Assembly: GCA_964016885.1 (NCBI GenBank)
Contig: OZ024741.1
Coordinates: forward strand, 181,908,001-181,972,000
DNA from: Eledone cirrhosa
Lineage: Eukaryota
Direction of reading: 5' to 3'
Length of the DNA stretch: 64,000 nucleotides
Part shown: positions 40,528 through 54,988 of the stretch, one piece after another
Layout: every line of letters starts with the position of its first letter
How positions within the stretch are numbered: position 1 is the first letter of the stretch
Made by a program: the position numbers and the translations under genes
Notes under the pieces: model-generated
The model's input: only the letters and a program-made list of their open reading frames with translations
Database searches by the model: none
What the model was told of the DNA's origin: nothing

Positions 40528-42459
40528 ATGCTTTTAGAGGGTCATGTTGCCAATAAGAAACACACGCACCAGTTGCTTTCACTCCAATTTATTATAAATT
40601 AAATTATAAATTTAAAAAATTTATAAATTTCCGGTTGGCTGGACGGTTGTTCATATATTCTCAAAGTTATTTCGTCACACATTCTGTGACCTCATCAGTG
40701 ACTGGGGATTCTTTTCTTTGTTTTGTGCCTCTCCTTTGTTCTGTCCTACGCCATCTTGATTTTGTGTGTGTTGTGTGCTTATTGTCCCGGTGTCTGTGTG
40801 TGTTTTTATCTGTTTATTTATTTGTTTATTAAAGTTACTATAGACTACCTAAGCAAACACCCCAACCATCGATTACCTGTACTAGACACAGAGCTCTGGT
40901 TAGAAACCATTAATAACAAAAAACAAATCCTCCATTCCCATTATGCCAAACCCATGACTTCCAAATACCTGATCCACCGGAACTCAGCAGTTTCAGATCA
41001 ACATACTGATTGCGGATTTAGTACGGGTGATGAGGAACGTGTCCCGCATGTGCAACCCCAAAGAACTAGAGAGACACATACAACACTTCATCCACCGTAT
41101 GCAGTTCTCTGGTTACAATCAGAGAGATAAAATCAGAGTGTATAGAGGAGCCAGAACCAAATAGGAAAAAATGGTAAATAATGATACAAATGTGACCTGC
41201 CCCTTGTATAGGAGCACATTTTGGAATAGAATAGAAAGAACTAGGAATAAGGTTAATAGAATAAACTCATGGTATGATAGCAATAAATACCAGAGTGTAA
41301 TGTTCATCAATACAACCCATAGAGGTGAACTAGCTTACAAATTTAGAAGGGCTCTAGATAAACTTAAACTAAATATTAAGATAGCGGAAAGATCAGGTAC
41401 TTCCATAAAAACACTTATTAGTAATACATACCCTTTTCAAAGACCTCCCTGTATAGATAAAAAATGCATAATCTGTAAACTAAGCCCCCATATTAACTGT
41501 AAAACTAGAAACATAGTATATAGCATAAGGTGTACCGAGGGACAATGTAAAGATAAGAATATAATGGTTTCTACTTTTGGCACAAGGCCAGCAATTATCC
41601 CAGTGTATTACTGGTACTTTATTTTATTGACCCCATTAGGATGAAAGGCAAAGTTAACCTCGGCAGGATTTGAACTCAGACCATAAAGGGCCGTAACTCT
41701 TTTCTGCAAAGCATGGTGTCCGACCCTCTACTGATACTGCCAATCCAAGAATATAATGTACATAGGTGAAACAGCTCGTAGTATAGGAGAAGGATTAAAT
41801 GAACACTGGCGAGAGCTTTAAGGTAGAAAAGACTCATCAGTACGCCACCAACATGCTAAAATAGAACATAATGGCAAATTAGAGAACATAGAAATAAAAA
41901 TAAAATCTACACACAGAAGAGGCGCAATCTTTAGACAAATCACAGAGGCAATAAACATAAATGAACTCCAACCAAAATTAAATAGAAAACATGAATGGAA
42001 TAGCAACATCACAACTTACAATTAAGGACAAAATGAAAACACACACATATAGAACAAACAACCAACTAGTAACATGTAAATAAACAAATAAATAAACAAA
42101 TAAAAACACACACAGACCCCCGGATGTAACACATGCGCAAACTAAGCACACAACACACACAAAAACAAGATGGCGTAGGACAGAACAAAGGAGAGGCACA
42201 AAACAAAGAAAAGAATCCCCGGTCACTGATGAGGTCACAGAATCTGTGACGAAAGAACTTTGACAATATACGAACAACCGTCCGGTTGTGGAACCAACCA
42301 TTTCAACCAACCGGAAATTTATAAATTTTTTAAATTTATAATTAAATTTATAATAAATTGGAGTGAAAGTAACTGGTGCGTGTGTTTCTTATTGGCAACA
42401 TGACCCTCACAAAGTATAACAATATCGGTTTCAACATACGTTTTCAGATAAAGAATCCA
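40520..42459 (+). mobile_element. Family A PLE: inverted pLTR (40520-40829), truncated RT-thumb/GIY-YIG body, pLTR (~42080-42425) and tail
   Basis: RLPVLD...HYAKPM...PLYRS...CIDKKCIIC...NIVYSIRC...[SINE]YIGETARS...LNRKHEW; HHR GTCA-CTGATGA-GGTCACAGAATCTGTGAC-GAAA-GAAC-TT-TGAC at 42222-42264. Confidence 0.92.
41567..41746 (-). mobile_element. tRNA-derived SINE (Nin/Deu-like core) with 12-bp target-site duplication
   Basis: A-box-like TGGCAGTATCAG, B-box GAGTTCAAATCC, GCCTTTCATCC core; TSD AAGAATATAATG at 41555-41566 and 41747-41758. Confidence 0.85.
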
Positions 42460-42649
42460 GTATATATACACCTATAACAAATACAAGCATATATACGTAC
42501 GAGAAAGTATACGTACCTTCACAAAACATACGGGTAAGATATACTTACCTATACAAATAAGTAATGGTATAAGCATACAATATCCTTAGCTACCACATCA
42601 AGACGTAATTTATCCGCGTATTGTTCGTACTATCCGTTACGGGATAATG

Positions 42650-43330
42650 TGAGGCTGTAATACAGGAAAGTTTTATGGAATTTGTGTTTACAAGCCGAAA
42701 TTGCCTTAGATTATTTGTTTAAGATGTGATCATTGGCGTAGATTATTTCCAGGACTTCAGCGGCTCAAAGATCGCATGGTCTTTTATTTCCGTTATACGA
42801 TCTAGCTTTAGCTAGGATCTCCCAATGTAACCTATATTGGGTGTGTTTGTCTTTTAGACTCCAGATATAAGCTGAAAGTGACGTCATATTCCTTCTTAAA
42901 GGGTTAAGGAAAGAATGGGTGTGCATGTAAAGACGCTGCTTGAATCTATTGGCGGTTAACCCTATGTAGGCCCTACTAGACGTGGATATTTCGACCTTAC
43001 ATTTGTAGACAATGTTGCTGGAGAGGCATTTCCCGGAAAGAGGGCAGTCAACCCGATTCCCACAATTACAATTATTACTAACTACAGGGTTACACGTGTT
43101 ACTACGGCTAGGTAATTAGCTAAATTTGAAACAGTGAAGTTATGTACAAACTTAGGAATCGTGGAGTAATATATTTTAATGGTATTTCTATAAAGAAAAT
43201 TTTTATATTTATGTGCTGAGGGGAAATGCTTCTTAATAAGGGAGAGAAAGATTTTAGCTAATCGTGGGCCGCCTCCATATTATATGATGGGTTATACAAT
43301 ATAATGCGTCGGAATCTATTTTCCCTAGGT
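42650..43330 (-). mobile_element. Decayed PLE CxC-linker GIY-YIG remnant
   Basis: CNCGNRVDCPLSGKCLSSNIVYKC...AYIGLTANRFKQR...TSLSAYIWSL...CDL*...ACKH. Confidence 0.85.
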
Positions 43331-43549
43331 TTATGCTGATACTTCGTATATGCTACCTTATCGACAAATCCACTCCGAGCAAGAGTTTCATTGTAGTTTG
43401 TGGAATGGTCGGTGAAAATATGCTCGTTTGTAGATAGACGGGAAAGCCTGAAAGAAATGTTTCTTCTTCTTCTTCTTCTTCTTCTTCTTCTTCTTCTTCT
43501 TCTTCTTCTTCTTCTTCTTCTTCTTCTTCATATTATTATTATTATTATT

Positions 43550-43584
<35 letters not shown>

Positions 43585-43589
<5 letters not shown>

Positions 43590-43824
43590 AAAATGTTCAA
43601 GACCCCGACGGTAGAGCTCAAGCTGTTTCGACGGATATTTCTGGACTAAATTAGCCGAACTTTTCAATATAGTCCAGAAATTTAGTCCAGAAATAGCCGT
43701 CGAAATGGCTTGAGCTCTGCCGTCGGGGTCTTGAACATTTTCGTATTACCCACTCTACTACTCTAAGTATTGAGTATTCTGGTGCGTTATGGTCCACCTG
43801 GTTCCTTACCACACTTCCTTCGTT
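43585..43824. mobile_element. Family H mini fold-back, copy 2 (longer spacer retains HHR 5' core TTGAAAA on minus)
   Basis: Same arms and tail as 37881-38074. Confidence 0.85.
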
Positions 43825-44827
43825 ATATATATATATATAAGTGTGTGTGTGTGCGTATGTGTGTGTGTGTATATGTGTGTGTTGTATAACCATAAAATGA
43901 AACGAAGTGTAAAGTAGAAAAGAAAGTAATAAAAAAGCAAAAAAAAAACCACCTTAATTAAATGATACAGTCTAAAATGGTACCAACGATATATTCAGAA
44001 TAGAAATTATCTCAGACTCATTGTATACGTAAGGTTTATTTATAAATTTTCTAAATTGAGGTAGTTATTTTAAGAGTGAAAAAATTGCCGGAATTTCAGA
44101 ATGGTATATTTACTAGTAATATAATGAAATTACGTTCAGATTTTATCTGGACTTTATCCAAACACATGGCCAAACCGATAATTAGAAAATAAGGTGTTAA
44201 GATCACACAAATAAAATGAGTTGAAATGGGATGGAATGGATGGAATGGACCTCCGTCGGTTTCAACGATCAGCATTCCGTTTGGTCGATCAACGCAACAG
44301 CTTGCTTGTGAAATTAAATTGCAAGTAGATGGTTATTCTGCAGACAGGTATCACCTAACTTAACTCTCAAGAAAATTTAGCATGTTTTGGGGTCTACTAA
44401 GCTGGCCCTTTAAATTAAAAATACAGTCCATCGGACGTACTTTCAAACGGTTTCCGTCTCCATAATTTCGTTCACAAGGCTTGATTTGATGTGAAGTTAT
44501 GTCAAATGCTCCGTAGTGGGATCAAATCGAGATCTTATGATTGTGAAGCAAATTATTTAACCTTTCTGATATGCTGTGTTTATAAAATAAGTTAGAATAA
44601 TTAGTTTATAAATATTTTAAAAAATCAATTCGTGTCGATTCGTGGTATTAGACAAAAGAAACATAAAAGAGAGAGGCGGGGGAGAGGGGAGAGAAGCTGC
44701 GACAACTTTACACCTTAGTTATATTTTGAAGCAATCCCTGAAAGTTTGACCAGGAAAAATGTCACACTAATTAGGATGTTCAATTAGTTTCCATTTTTTA
44801 CGCATTATACATTGCAAACACACACAC

Positions 44828-44887
<60 letters not shown>

Positions 44888-44984
44888 TTATTTTATTGAG
44901 GGTAATTAGTGAAGTTTCGCCTGCTTGTCCTCAGGGTCATCAGACGTGTATTCTATATGTATATATACATATAAATATAAATAT

Positions 44985-45497
44985 ATATTGTTATGCTTTG
45001 GGAGGGTCATGTTGCCAATAAGAAACACACGCACCAGTTGCTTTCACTCCAATTTATTATAAATTAAATTTATAAATTTAAGAATTTATAAATTTCCGTT
45101 TGGTTGGTTGGTTCTACAACCGGACGGTTGTTCATATATTGTCAAAGTTCTTTCGTTACACATTCTGTGACCTCTTCAGAAAAACAAGATGGCGTAGGAC
45201 AGAACAAAGGAGAGGCACAAAAACAAAGAAAAGAATCCCCAGTCACTGAAGAGGTCACAGAATGTGTGACGAAAGAACTTTGACAATATATGAACAACCG
45301 TCCAGTTGTAGAACCAACCAGCCAACCGGAAATTTATAAATTCTTAAATTTATAAATTTAATTTATAATAAATTGGAGTGAAAGCAACTGGTGCGTGTGT
45401 TTCTTATTGGCAACATGACCCTCCCAAAGCATAACAATATCGGTTTCAACACACGTTTTCAGATAAAGAATCTTGCTAAACAAATCCAGAAATGAAA
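44985..45497. mobile_element. Family A fold-back, copy 3 (left arm 44985-45179, right arm to ~45440, tail to ~45497)
   Basis: Homologous to 132-701; HHR at 45241-45284. Confidence 0.9.
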
Positions 45498-46779
45498 TAG
45501 AAATATATATCTATATGTAAGTATGTATGTTCTCGTTTTATAATTTCACAAATTTTTGCCAATAGAGAGAGAGTCGGTTTCTAGCATAGATACACACTCT
45601 CCCATTGGAATTTACAACATCAACTAGATAGATATGTATGCATGACTGCATGCATGTGCGCACAGGTATGGATGTTATTGTATGTGTGGATGTGTTTTTT
45701 GTATCTGTACAAGTATATATGGAATTATTAGATGCAGAAGTTTTGGAATGTTTTAAATATTTTTACTGTATGTATGTATGTATGTATGTATGTATGTATG
45801 TATGTATGTATGTATGTATGTATGTATGTATGTATGTATGTATGCATGTATGTACGTATATATGTATGTATGTATGTATATATGTATGTCGGGTCACTCT
45901 TGGGTGCTACTGGTAACATGTAACCCAGTACAACTTTCCGCATGGTCGGGTCGTCGGCGACTAAACCGGCAACCCCACCAAGTTTACTTGGTGAGGAGGG
46001 TGATTTTGGACACCCTACAGGACAAAAAGCAAAACCTCACAAAGGGCGGAAGAACTCATAAGAGTCAACGGCCATCCAAATGTATGTAAATATGTATATA
46101 CACATGTATTGCGCGGTTAAACCACTGGCAGTGAAGGACCCCTAGCCTTTGTCAGGGCATTCTTCCAGGAGAAGGCAACTCAGGAAACTGGGATAACTCC
46201 GATATAAAACCTGCGGCACAGTAGTTACCGATGATGTTCATCTTTTCTTCTTTTTTCCGGTTATAGCTACTGTCGCTCAGAGAGTGGGATTGGTTCAGTG
46301 CACATCTTTCCTCACTTTAAAATATATCTTCACGCACAGGCATTACACGATAGAATTAATTAATAATTATTAATAATGGTATATCGTGCAATGGCCATTC
46401 TCGATAACGAGGTGGAAGCCATTATGTATGTATATATATATATATATATTTGAAAATAGGAAAATAATGACTTCACTTGTAGTTAGTATTCTATACAATT
46501 TAATTTCATAATTTTACAATTTTATAATTTTATTATTTTGCTATGTAGATCTAATAAGTCCTTTATTAACTTCGGTGGACAGATTTTTAAAATCCAGCTT
46601 AACTTTCTGGAGAACTTTGTCGCATTCGTCGGTGGCGTTTGTGAAACTGATCTAAAGTTATGTGTTGTATATATAAAGAATTTGGTTGTGTCTGGAAAAG
46701 TGTTAATGAGGTGTAATGTACATGTCAAGGATATTAAGTAATAATTAAATGAAAAACAATTGTTTAGGATTTGCTTGAT

Positions 46780-46861
<82 letters not shown>

Positions 46862-47899
46862 CACACATACATACTTATAAGAGCAATTTGATATTCTATA
46901 CATTTGCCCATGAATACACACTTTTTCTACCGTGTATATATTTATATGTAGACATACATATTGACATGCGTTTACATGGTCACATATATCGTTGCAAGTA
47001 CGAACGAAATCGTGTATGTGTATGCTGACAAATGTATATAAATGCAAGCAAAATCATACATTTGCATATAAGCACACTTTTCTATGCTAGAACATATAGA
47101 ACAAACTTACGGAAACACACGGAAACATATACATATAAAAATACTGTACAATAAAGTATAGAGATATTTAAGTTATGCAATTGTTTATATATAGACATAC
47201 AATGATCTGACTGCTTAATTACAATATATATGAATATAAAAAAATGTATAGAAATTACATGGATATTAATTGATAATTAAATGAAGAACAATTATTTAGG
47301 ATTTGGTTGATAATCAATCTAAGTTTGTACTAAGTGGTTGTATTTTCAAGGATATCATTATTGAATTTGTATTGTTATAACGATTGAAAGAGTATCTTTC
47401 AATCGTAATTATGGGCTGTTATGTAAATAAATAAATGAAACTATCAATAAACAAAATTCAATAATTGCATGAGAAAATATTAGAAAAATAAACTGATATT
47501 TTAATAAAAAGACCAGGAACAACAGAACTGAAATGTATAAAAGATAAAATAAATGTACGCAAGTACAAATATATAACACCCATAAGAAACTACTATTGAA
47601 GGTATATGTAGTAATAATCAGTGTGTTGCAATGGTACCATGACAAATAATGACTGATTTATATAGGATTATGAGAACGTAGGTGCCTGGGCATCGAAAGG
47701 GATATTAGTGTAGAGGGCGATCGCGTTTTTAGACGGTCATTTGGATTTCTAAAGTGTAATATGCTATATAGGTTACTGACTGTTTTGTGAGTGAACAACA
47801 ATATTTCGTTGCATGCGTCTACTTGTATATACACATAAACATGCAGATGCATTTATATGCATAAAAAAAGGCTTCATTCCCCAAGAAATCAATCACTCA

Positions 47900-48200
47900 A
47901 AGACAACACACAAAACATAATCACTTGTTTAAATCCAGATGTAAGAGCAAAGTTAGGTTACTTTCAAAATACATTTGGGGTTTAGAAAACGTTGGTGAAA
48001 GCAATCCTACTTTAAAATTGAGTATTATTTATTGCATACGAGAATTTCGACAGGTACTAACATCCAAGGACAATCGAAAGATCCTGCTCCGGCTCGGTGA
48101 TATTCAGAATACGAGAAAAGAAAATTTTTCTTCTTGTCTTCTTACAAATGAATTTAAACTCCAAGCATTCAAGCATATTGATGTGCATGTTGTATCTTAA
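47900..48200 (+). mobile_element. Highly decayed PLE GIY-YIG C-terminal remnant
   Basis: LLSKYIWGL...PTLKLSII...NTRKENFSSC resembles the other CxC-type copies. Confidence 0.5.
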
Positions 48201-48684
48201 TTGCAAATGTTTAAATGTGTAGCCGATATTTGTTTGGTGTACTAAAAAATCTATTACGCAAAATTTAAATTACCCCATTATATGAAGTAGATTTGTTTGG
48301 TTTGAACATTTCCTGTATTGTTAATGACAGTAATTTCCGTGTGACTCACACAAGCTGTGTTGAACAGTAAATCAGTGACGCCGTGGCGGCGCCATATCTG
48401 AGTTTTCGTGTGCATTTGCTTTTATTACAGATCAACAATTGCTGAAACACCAAGTTAAAAATATCTATCAATTGTGTGTATTTATATTCTATATGTTGGA
48501 TTGGATATGTTCAACTCTTGTTATGTACAACGTATATCTATATGAATGAATGCGTGAATGTTTGTGTGTGAACGCGCCTGGTAGCGAATGTATTTGTGTG
48601 TGAATTCCTGTGAAAAACCTTTGAGTACCAAATGGATTATAGAACGAAACGAATTAACGTTTCCGTTTTCTATTACATTTATCC

Positions 48685-48993
<309 letters not shown>

Positions 48994-49000
48994 ATATATA

Positions 49001-49068
<68 letters not shown>

Positions 49069-49072
49069 TATA

Positions 49073-49131
<59 letters not shown>

Positions 49132-49273
49132 TCACGCGCAGACGCGTACACACATATATATATATGCGTGTGTGTAGGTGAGTGCATTTGTATGTTTGTA
49201 TATCTATATAGATATATTTATTTGCTTAGATATGCACACACGTATGTGCAGAAACATACATACACTTACACAT

Positions 49274-49334
<61 letters not shown>

Positions 49335-49387
49335 TTGTGTGTGTGTGTCTGTGTGTGCGTGTGTGTGTATGTTTGTGCGTGCATTTG

Positions 49388-49418
<31 letters not shown>

Positions 49419-49424
49419 GGATAG

Positions 49425-49494
<70 letters not shown>

Positions 49495-49519
49495 TTATAT
49501 ATATATATATGTATGTATG

Positions 49520-50332
49520 TAGATAAATCTACCAAAAGTTTACGGTAGTGTCCAATCCGTATGAAGAACTCAATGTAATCCGGATATCATGAAAAGAGAA
49601 GATGCATTCAAAAACTACTTTCGGTGAAAAATAAACGGAAAACAGAGTCAAGATAAATTAATAAAATAATGAATAAACAAAGAAACAGTTCCTTATATTA
49701 AAAAAATTCATCATTTTACGATCGTTTCTAGGATATATATGTGTTAGAGTTGGTATGCATATTCTATAGATCTATGTACAATATTTATACAAACTATCAG
49801 AGGGAATATACATACCTACACATATATATGCTGTCTTCAGAAATAATGATATTTGTTTATTGAAAAAAACAAAGATTCAATACAATAGGTCTGTTTGGGA
49901 ACAGGTTTTGAATTGACCAATAGAGAGATAGTGAGGGTCAAGATAGTAATATAGTAGTACCTTAAATTATGGGTAGAGGAAGGTACTGAAATCTACCTTC
50001 CTCTACCCATAATTTAAGGTTCTTCTACTACTATATTACTATCTTGACCCTCACTATCTCTCTATTGGTCAATTCAAAACCTGTTCCCAAACAGACCTAT
50101 TGTATTGAATCTTTGTTTTTTTCAATAAACAAATATCATTATTTCTGAAGACAGCATATATATATGTAGGTATGTATATTCCCTCTGATAGTTTGTATAA
50201 ATATTGTACATAGATCTATAGAATATGCATACCAACTCTAACACATATATATCCTAGAAACGATCGTAAAATGATGAATTTTCTTAATATAAGGAACTGT
50301 TTCTTTGTTTATTCATTATTTTATTAATTTAT
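49520..50332. mobile_element. Large fold-back pLTR (arms ~49653-49985 and ~49994-50332, tail left) with extended-stem-II HHR (50136-50277)
   Basis: ~330-bp near-perfect arms; TCATTATTT-CTGAAGA-(~105 nt)-GAAA-CGATCG-TA-AAATGATGA. Confidence 0.88.
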
Positions 50333-50339
50333 ATGTATG

Positions 50340-50371
<32 letters not shown>

Positions 50372-52074
50372 CATTATAATACTTATCTTCTCTATATATT
50401 TGTATGTACCTGTGCGTGTGTTGTGTTTGAGCATATTTACATCAACACACACATGATTCATATAGATAAGCACACTTACATGTATACACATTGTTTTAAA
50501 GTGCAAATATCTTCCTAGGAAATCACATATTATAATATTTCCATTAATATAAGGGAGCTTGCACATCGGGCATCTAATTTCGAATAGATATCCGATAATA
50601 AGAAATTACTTATTAGAAAAACAGAAAATTCCATTAGTGAAATTCTTGCCCAGGAAAAAAACTAATTTCTTCCTTCCTTAATGCAAAACACCAAAACCCA
50701 TTACGTTCTACAATGTATAAAAGAAAAAGAAATGGATTGAGCTGCCTCCACTATCAGCACTTAAAATAGAATTTGATACTGAAGTTTGACCTGTCAATTT
50801 GAAACTCGTGTGTATTCACCAAATGAGACAAATATTTATCAATAAAATAGTCACGATTTGAACATTTTTACGAAAGAACAAAATTTATAACAATTACGTA
50901 AGAAAATTTAGACCTTATTTTAGGCGTTTTCTTTACATTTATTGTTTAAAATATTTTTTGTTACGCTATATAATTATAAAATGTTTGTATTTTCTTCAAC
51001 GTCTTTTCTTTTTGCTTATTTTTTCTGTTAAAGATTTTTTTTCAGTTTTCATTTTGAAAGTATGATGTTTAAATTCAAATTACATGCTGTTTATTCTGTG
51101 TTTGAGCATCAGATAGCCTGTTGCCTCACTCCATGATTGATCTCAAATACCAGCCATGCAATGTTATGCGTTCTATGCCAGTCAATTGTGCATCGGATGG
51201 TGGCTATAGTTTCTTTTAAAGGCAAGTGAAAGCTCTATCTATTTTGGGGAAAAACCCAGAAATATGTCACGTTCGCCTTTGCTCTTTCATTGATGAAATC
51301 CTCATAAAAGAAACTATTACCTTTCACGTTTTTTCGCCGAAGTTGACAACGTTAGAAAAGATACTGCTATTTTCATGTTAAATTTACTAAAGTCATCGTT
51401 GCATTTTCATTTGTCATTACCATCATTTCTATCTATTTGCCTTGTTTAATCTTTTTTGGGAACATTTTCTTTGGGGGTGTATCTCACGCAACCACGTTTT
51501 TGTCAATCATAGTTTTCCATTCCTCTAAAGGAAGCCATAGTAAATTACGAGTAAACGAGATTTGCAAAATATATTACTGATCTAAGGAAAAACTGATTTT
51601 TTCACTCAATCTGATGGGCTATTCTCAGTGTTAACAAAATAAACACACAAAAATGTTTTTATCAAATAAAATATGAATAAATTGAATTCTACTCCTTGAT
51701 CTGCCCTTATAAACGTCTGTTTGTCGCAAACATACGTCAATGAATACGAAGCTAGTGCTTTTCTGGGGCGTTGCATTGCGAACTCAGAATTATGTAAGAC
51801 AAAGTTGATCTCGATTGGATTTAAATGTAAAGAGAAGATAAAATGACGTAACTGAATATCGCAAGGTATTTTGTTCGACACTGTGCACGTTGTATTTATC
51901 TATGACCTTTCATAACCCCAACATACGCCCATGCCAGCGATAATAATAATTACTAGCCGCGCCTGTAGAAATTCCACGTAACGAAGACAAATAAGAGGAG
52001 CTATTTAAGTAAGAAAGGAAGATTTGCATTTTTATTACATATAAGTGTTATTGATGCCTGTGCAATAAATAATT

Positions 52075-52253
52075 GTTTCTATTTTTGGCACAAGGCCAGA
52101 AATTATCCCAGTGCATTACTGGTACTTTATTTTATCGACCCACTGAGGATGAAAGGTAAAGTTATCCTCGGCAGGATTTGAACTCAAATCGTAAAGGGGT
52201 GTAACTCTATGCTGCAAAGCATAGCGTCCAACCCTCTACCGATAATAACAATC
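52075..52253 (-). mobile_element. tRNA-derived SINE
   Basis: Colinear with 41567-41746. Confidence 0.8.
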
Positions 52254-52559
52254 TATACTATACTTACTATAAACACCATTCGTTAGTATTTAATCCTATT
52301 GAAGCTCTAAGATTAATATATAATTGTATATTCCTTATTACGCAATATCTTATCATATCACTTTACACAAAACGATATACAGAATATACAAAATGTTTAT
52401 ATTTACGTGATTTCTTTCAATTCATTTGCAACTTGCAACATTAACTTTGTTCAGATTTATCTTAATATCTCTTTGCATATGATGTTCTTTATTACAGTTT
52501 TATTACCTTGGCCCCCTTGCATATCAGTGTTCAATACTTTCATTTTTACATTTGACTCT

Positions 52560-54550
52560 CTGCGTACTCTTGAAAAAGCTACATACAATTGCATATGACT
52601 AAATACTGGCTAAGGAAAAGAATCATTTTATCGTATGTTTGACCCTGGCTCCTGTTGATTGGCATAGCACACGACAGTCTTACTGAAAACTGTGTTCTTT
52701 CAAAAGTAAAGGAGATGTTGTGATCACTTGGGGCTACCATCAGTCTTGGGATCGAAACACGCCTGCTCATCAAAGAACCATTGATATGAGAAGCTACGAT
52801 GAAATGCTGATGCAATCCCATTACAAATCTTGTCATAGCATAATACGTTCTGGATTGAAATATTCCGTAGGAGAATTATTATTGATCCTGCTATTAACTG
52901 GAGTTTATTAGGTGGCACCTCGGGAGATGAGTGAGCTCAGAAATTTAGTAGAATATCTTTCAGCCACTACAGGGTCATCAGCGATCACTCTATCAGTAAT
53001 ATAATAAGTATGGCTGTTACCGAGTAGTTGTCTGAGAAACCTTTCGTTTATCAACAAGCTATCGGCATTCTTGGGAGATAAAGTCACACGAGTTCTTTTC
53101 TCTTGTTGCGTTGTATTGCTGAAAGTTTGTTTCACTAAACAGTCATTTGCACATGAGAATGGTATCACTTTAATACCATCTTCATTCGTTTTCAGTTCTT
53201 CAATTCCAGGCGCTGTTTCATTTCCAAGATGTAGTAGCCACTTGGCAAACTCTCTCTGATCTTCTCTTACTCTGATATTCACTTACGCCTCATCTACTCT
53301 GGATATCCATTTAGGTTCAATACTGTTTCCTCTCGGCAGGTTTTGGATAGTTCTTTTGGCAAAATCCATTTTACATTTCATGGGGGAAAAGGATTTATAG
53401 AATCACACGGCCCATGGATCATAAACTCTTTACCCTGCTAATATAGTACCGGATCGTGTTCGAATGCAGGGATTTCTGCTGAAACGATTCTGTCAATGTC
53501 TTCTCCCTTTCGAAGCTTGTCTTCGTTTCTTATGATGACCAACATATAACAATGAGGACGTCTCCTATTGTGTTATTCAAAGACGTGAGAACTGGTCTTT
53601 GGCACGCCAAGAATGCGTCTTTCTTCGGTATGTTTCAACATTTCAGAAAGCCGAGCATTAAAGATTCGGTCAACTAAATCTGGTCTGCTTCTGCTGCTTC
53701 ATTTTGATTTAGATTATATTGAACATCAGGTTGCATGTATAACTTATAAAAAGATCTGACTCGCACATTTTGCAACAATTATCATAGCATCCTCAAAGTA
53801 CTGATTCATGTTACTTGCGTTGCCAGTGAAGGACGTTGGCAAAATAACTGGCATCTCAGGCTCAGTGTTATCATCTGCTCCTCTGTTTAGATAATCCATT
53901 AAACCATTATACTCATCCACTCTCACTTGGGCTTGCTTGTTGCTCAAATATTGAAGCCTGCAACCTTCTTTCACATAGGCATCCACTAAATAATGCTAAA
54001 ATAATTTGCCTGCCCTATATATCACACTAAATCATCCTCTATATAGAAACATGTGGAAACAATAAAGGGTAGGTCATATATGGTATTTTCTCAGGAGGAT
54101 GGTCTATATGATAGATGACAATATCTCTGTGTACAGATGGTGTATATTAGTTCAACATAATCGAAAGTATTTTATGTTCCTATCAGCTCCGAAAGATGTC
54201 ACTTGGAAAGCACAGTTGTATTTTTGAAACTACTGAAGGAATACTGATTCTTCAGAAATTCAGGAGGCTCTTGTTTTGTAGGGAGGTAGTATTATCCTTT
54301 GAGCAGTGTAGATGTTCCTGCTACCCACTTCTTGGCCCCGCATTTGTTTATTTCGCCAATGATTTGATTTGTGGATTGAAGCACCCACCAACGATTCGAA
54401 TTTCGTATGACTCGTGCTTCTACTTGAACTGTTGATTAGTGTGCTAAATCAACATTACACCTATTTAGCTGGTGTTTCCCAGTTTGTTTTCTTGCAGAAG
54501 CAATCTCGAATGTATTTTGATCTAAACGGAATCATCTGTCCACTACTAGT
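52560..54550 (-). pseudogene. Decayed, internally deleted Helitron RepHel (Rep + Pif1 helicase)
   Basis: DAYVK...LQYL...VILPTSFTG...FEDAMIIV (Rep); NIRV...FAKWLLHLGN, LSPKN, RTQFSVRLSCAMPINRSQGQT (helicase). Confidence 0.88.
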
Positions 54551-54802
54551 TCATGTGCTTGCATCCAGTTAGCAAGACGGGTCTTTTTTTTAATTTTTAT
54601 TTTCCTTAGATATCACTTCGCTTTATTTCTCCTCACCACTGAAGAGGAATTTCTATATTATTATTTGAAATGTTTCGGAGGCTGTGTAAGTTATATTACA
54701 CATCACACTTATTCCAACATTGAAACTACTGTAAAATACGAATTATACGTTGTGTAAGTGTCTATATGTGTAATGTAGCGCTGTAAGTGTGTATGTATTA
54801 TT

Positions 54803-54988
54803 GTTTCTACTTTTGGCACAAGGCCAGCAATTACCCCAGTGCATTACTGGAGCTTTATTTTATCGATACCGTAAGGCTGTAAGGCAAAGCTAACCTCGGC
54901 GAGATTTGAACTCAGAACGTAAAGAGCAATAACTTTATGCTGCAAAGCATGGTGTCTGACGCTCTACTGATACTACCAATCCACCGCC
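54803..54988 (-). mobile_element. tRNA-derived SINE
   Basis: Colinear with 41567-41746. Confidence 0.8.

Noticed and set aside
41567-41746. tRNA genes at B-box motifs
   Set aside because: No cloverleaf; these are SINE heads followed by a shared core and tail.
42765-42767. In-frame TGA at a conserved Cys (CDL*) as selenocysteine, as reported for some Naiad PLEs
   Set aside because: The same copy has a TAA about 19 codons later and other decay, and sibling copies have Cys; a point mutation is simpler.
45890-46260. GC-richer patch resembling an RTE 5' UTR with a possible HDV-like ribozyme
   Set aside because: Could not assemble P1-P2-P3-P1.1-P4 by eye; element identity uncertain.
46500-47450. 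Possible RT C-terminal remnant with a short duplication
   Set aside because: Too degenerate to assign.
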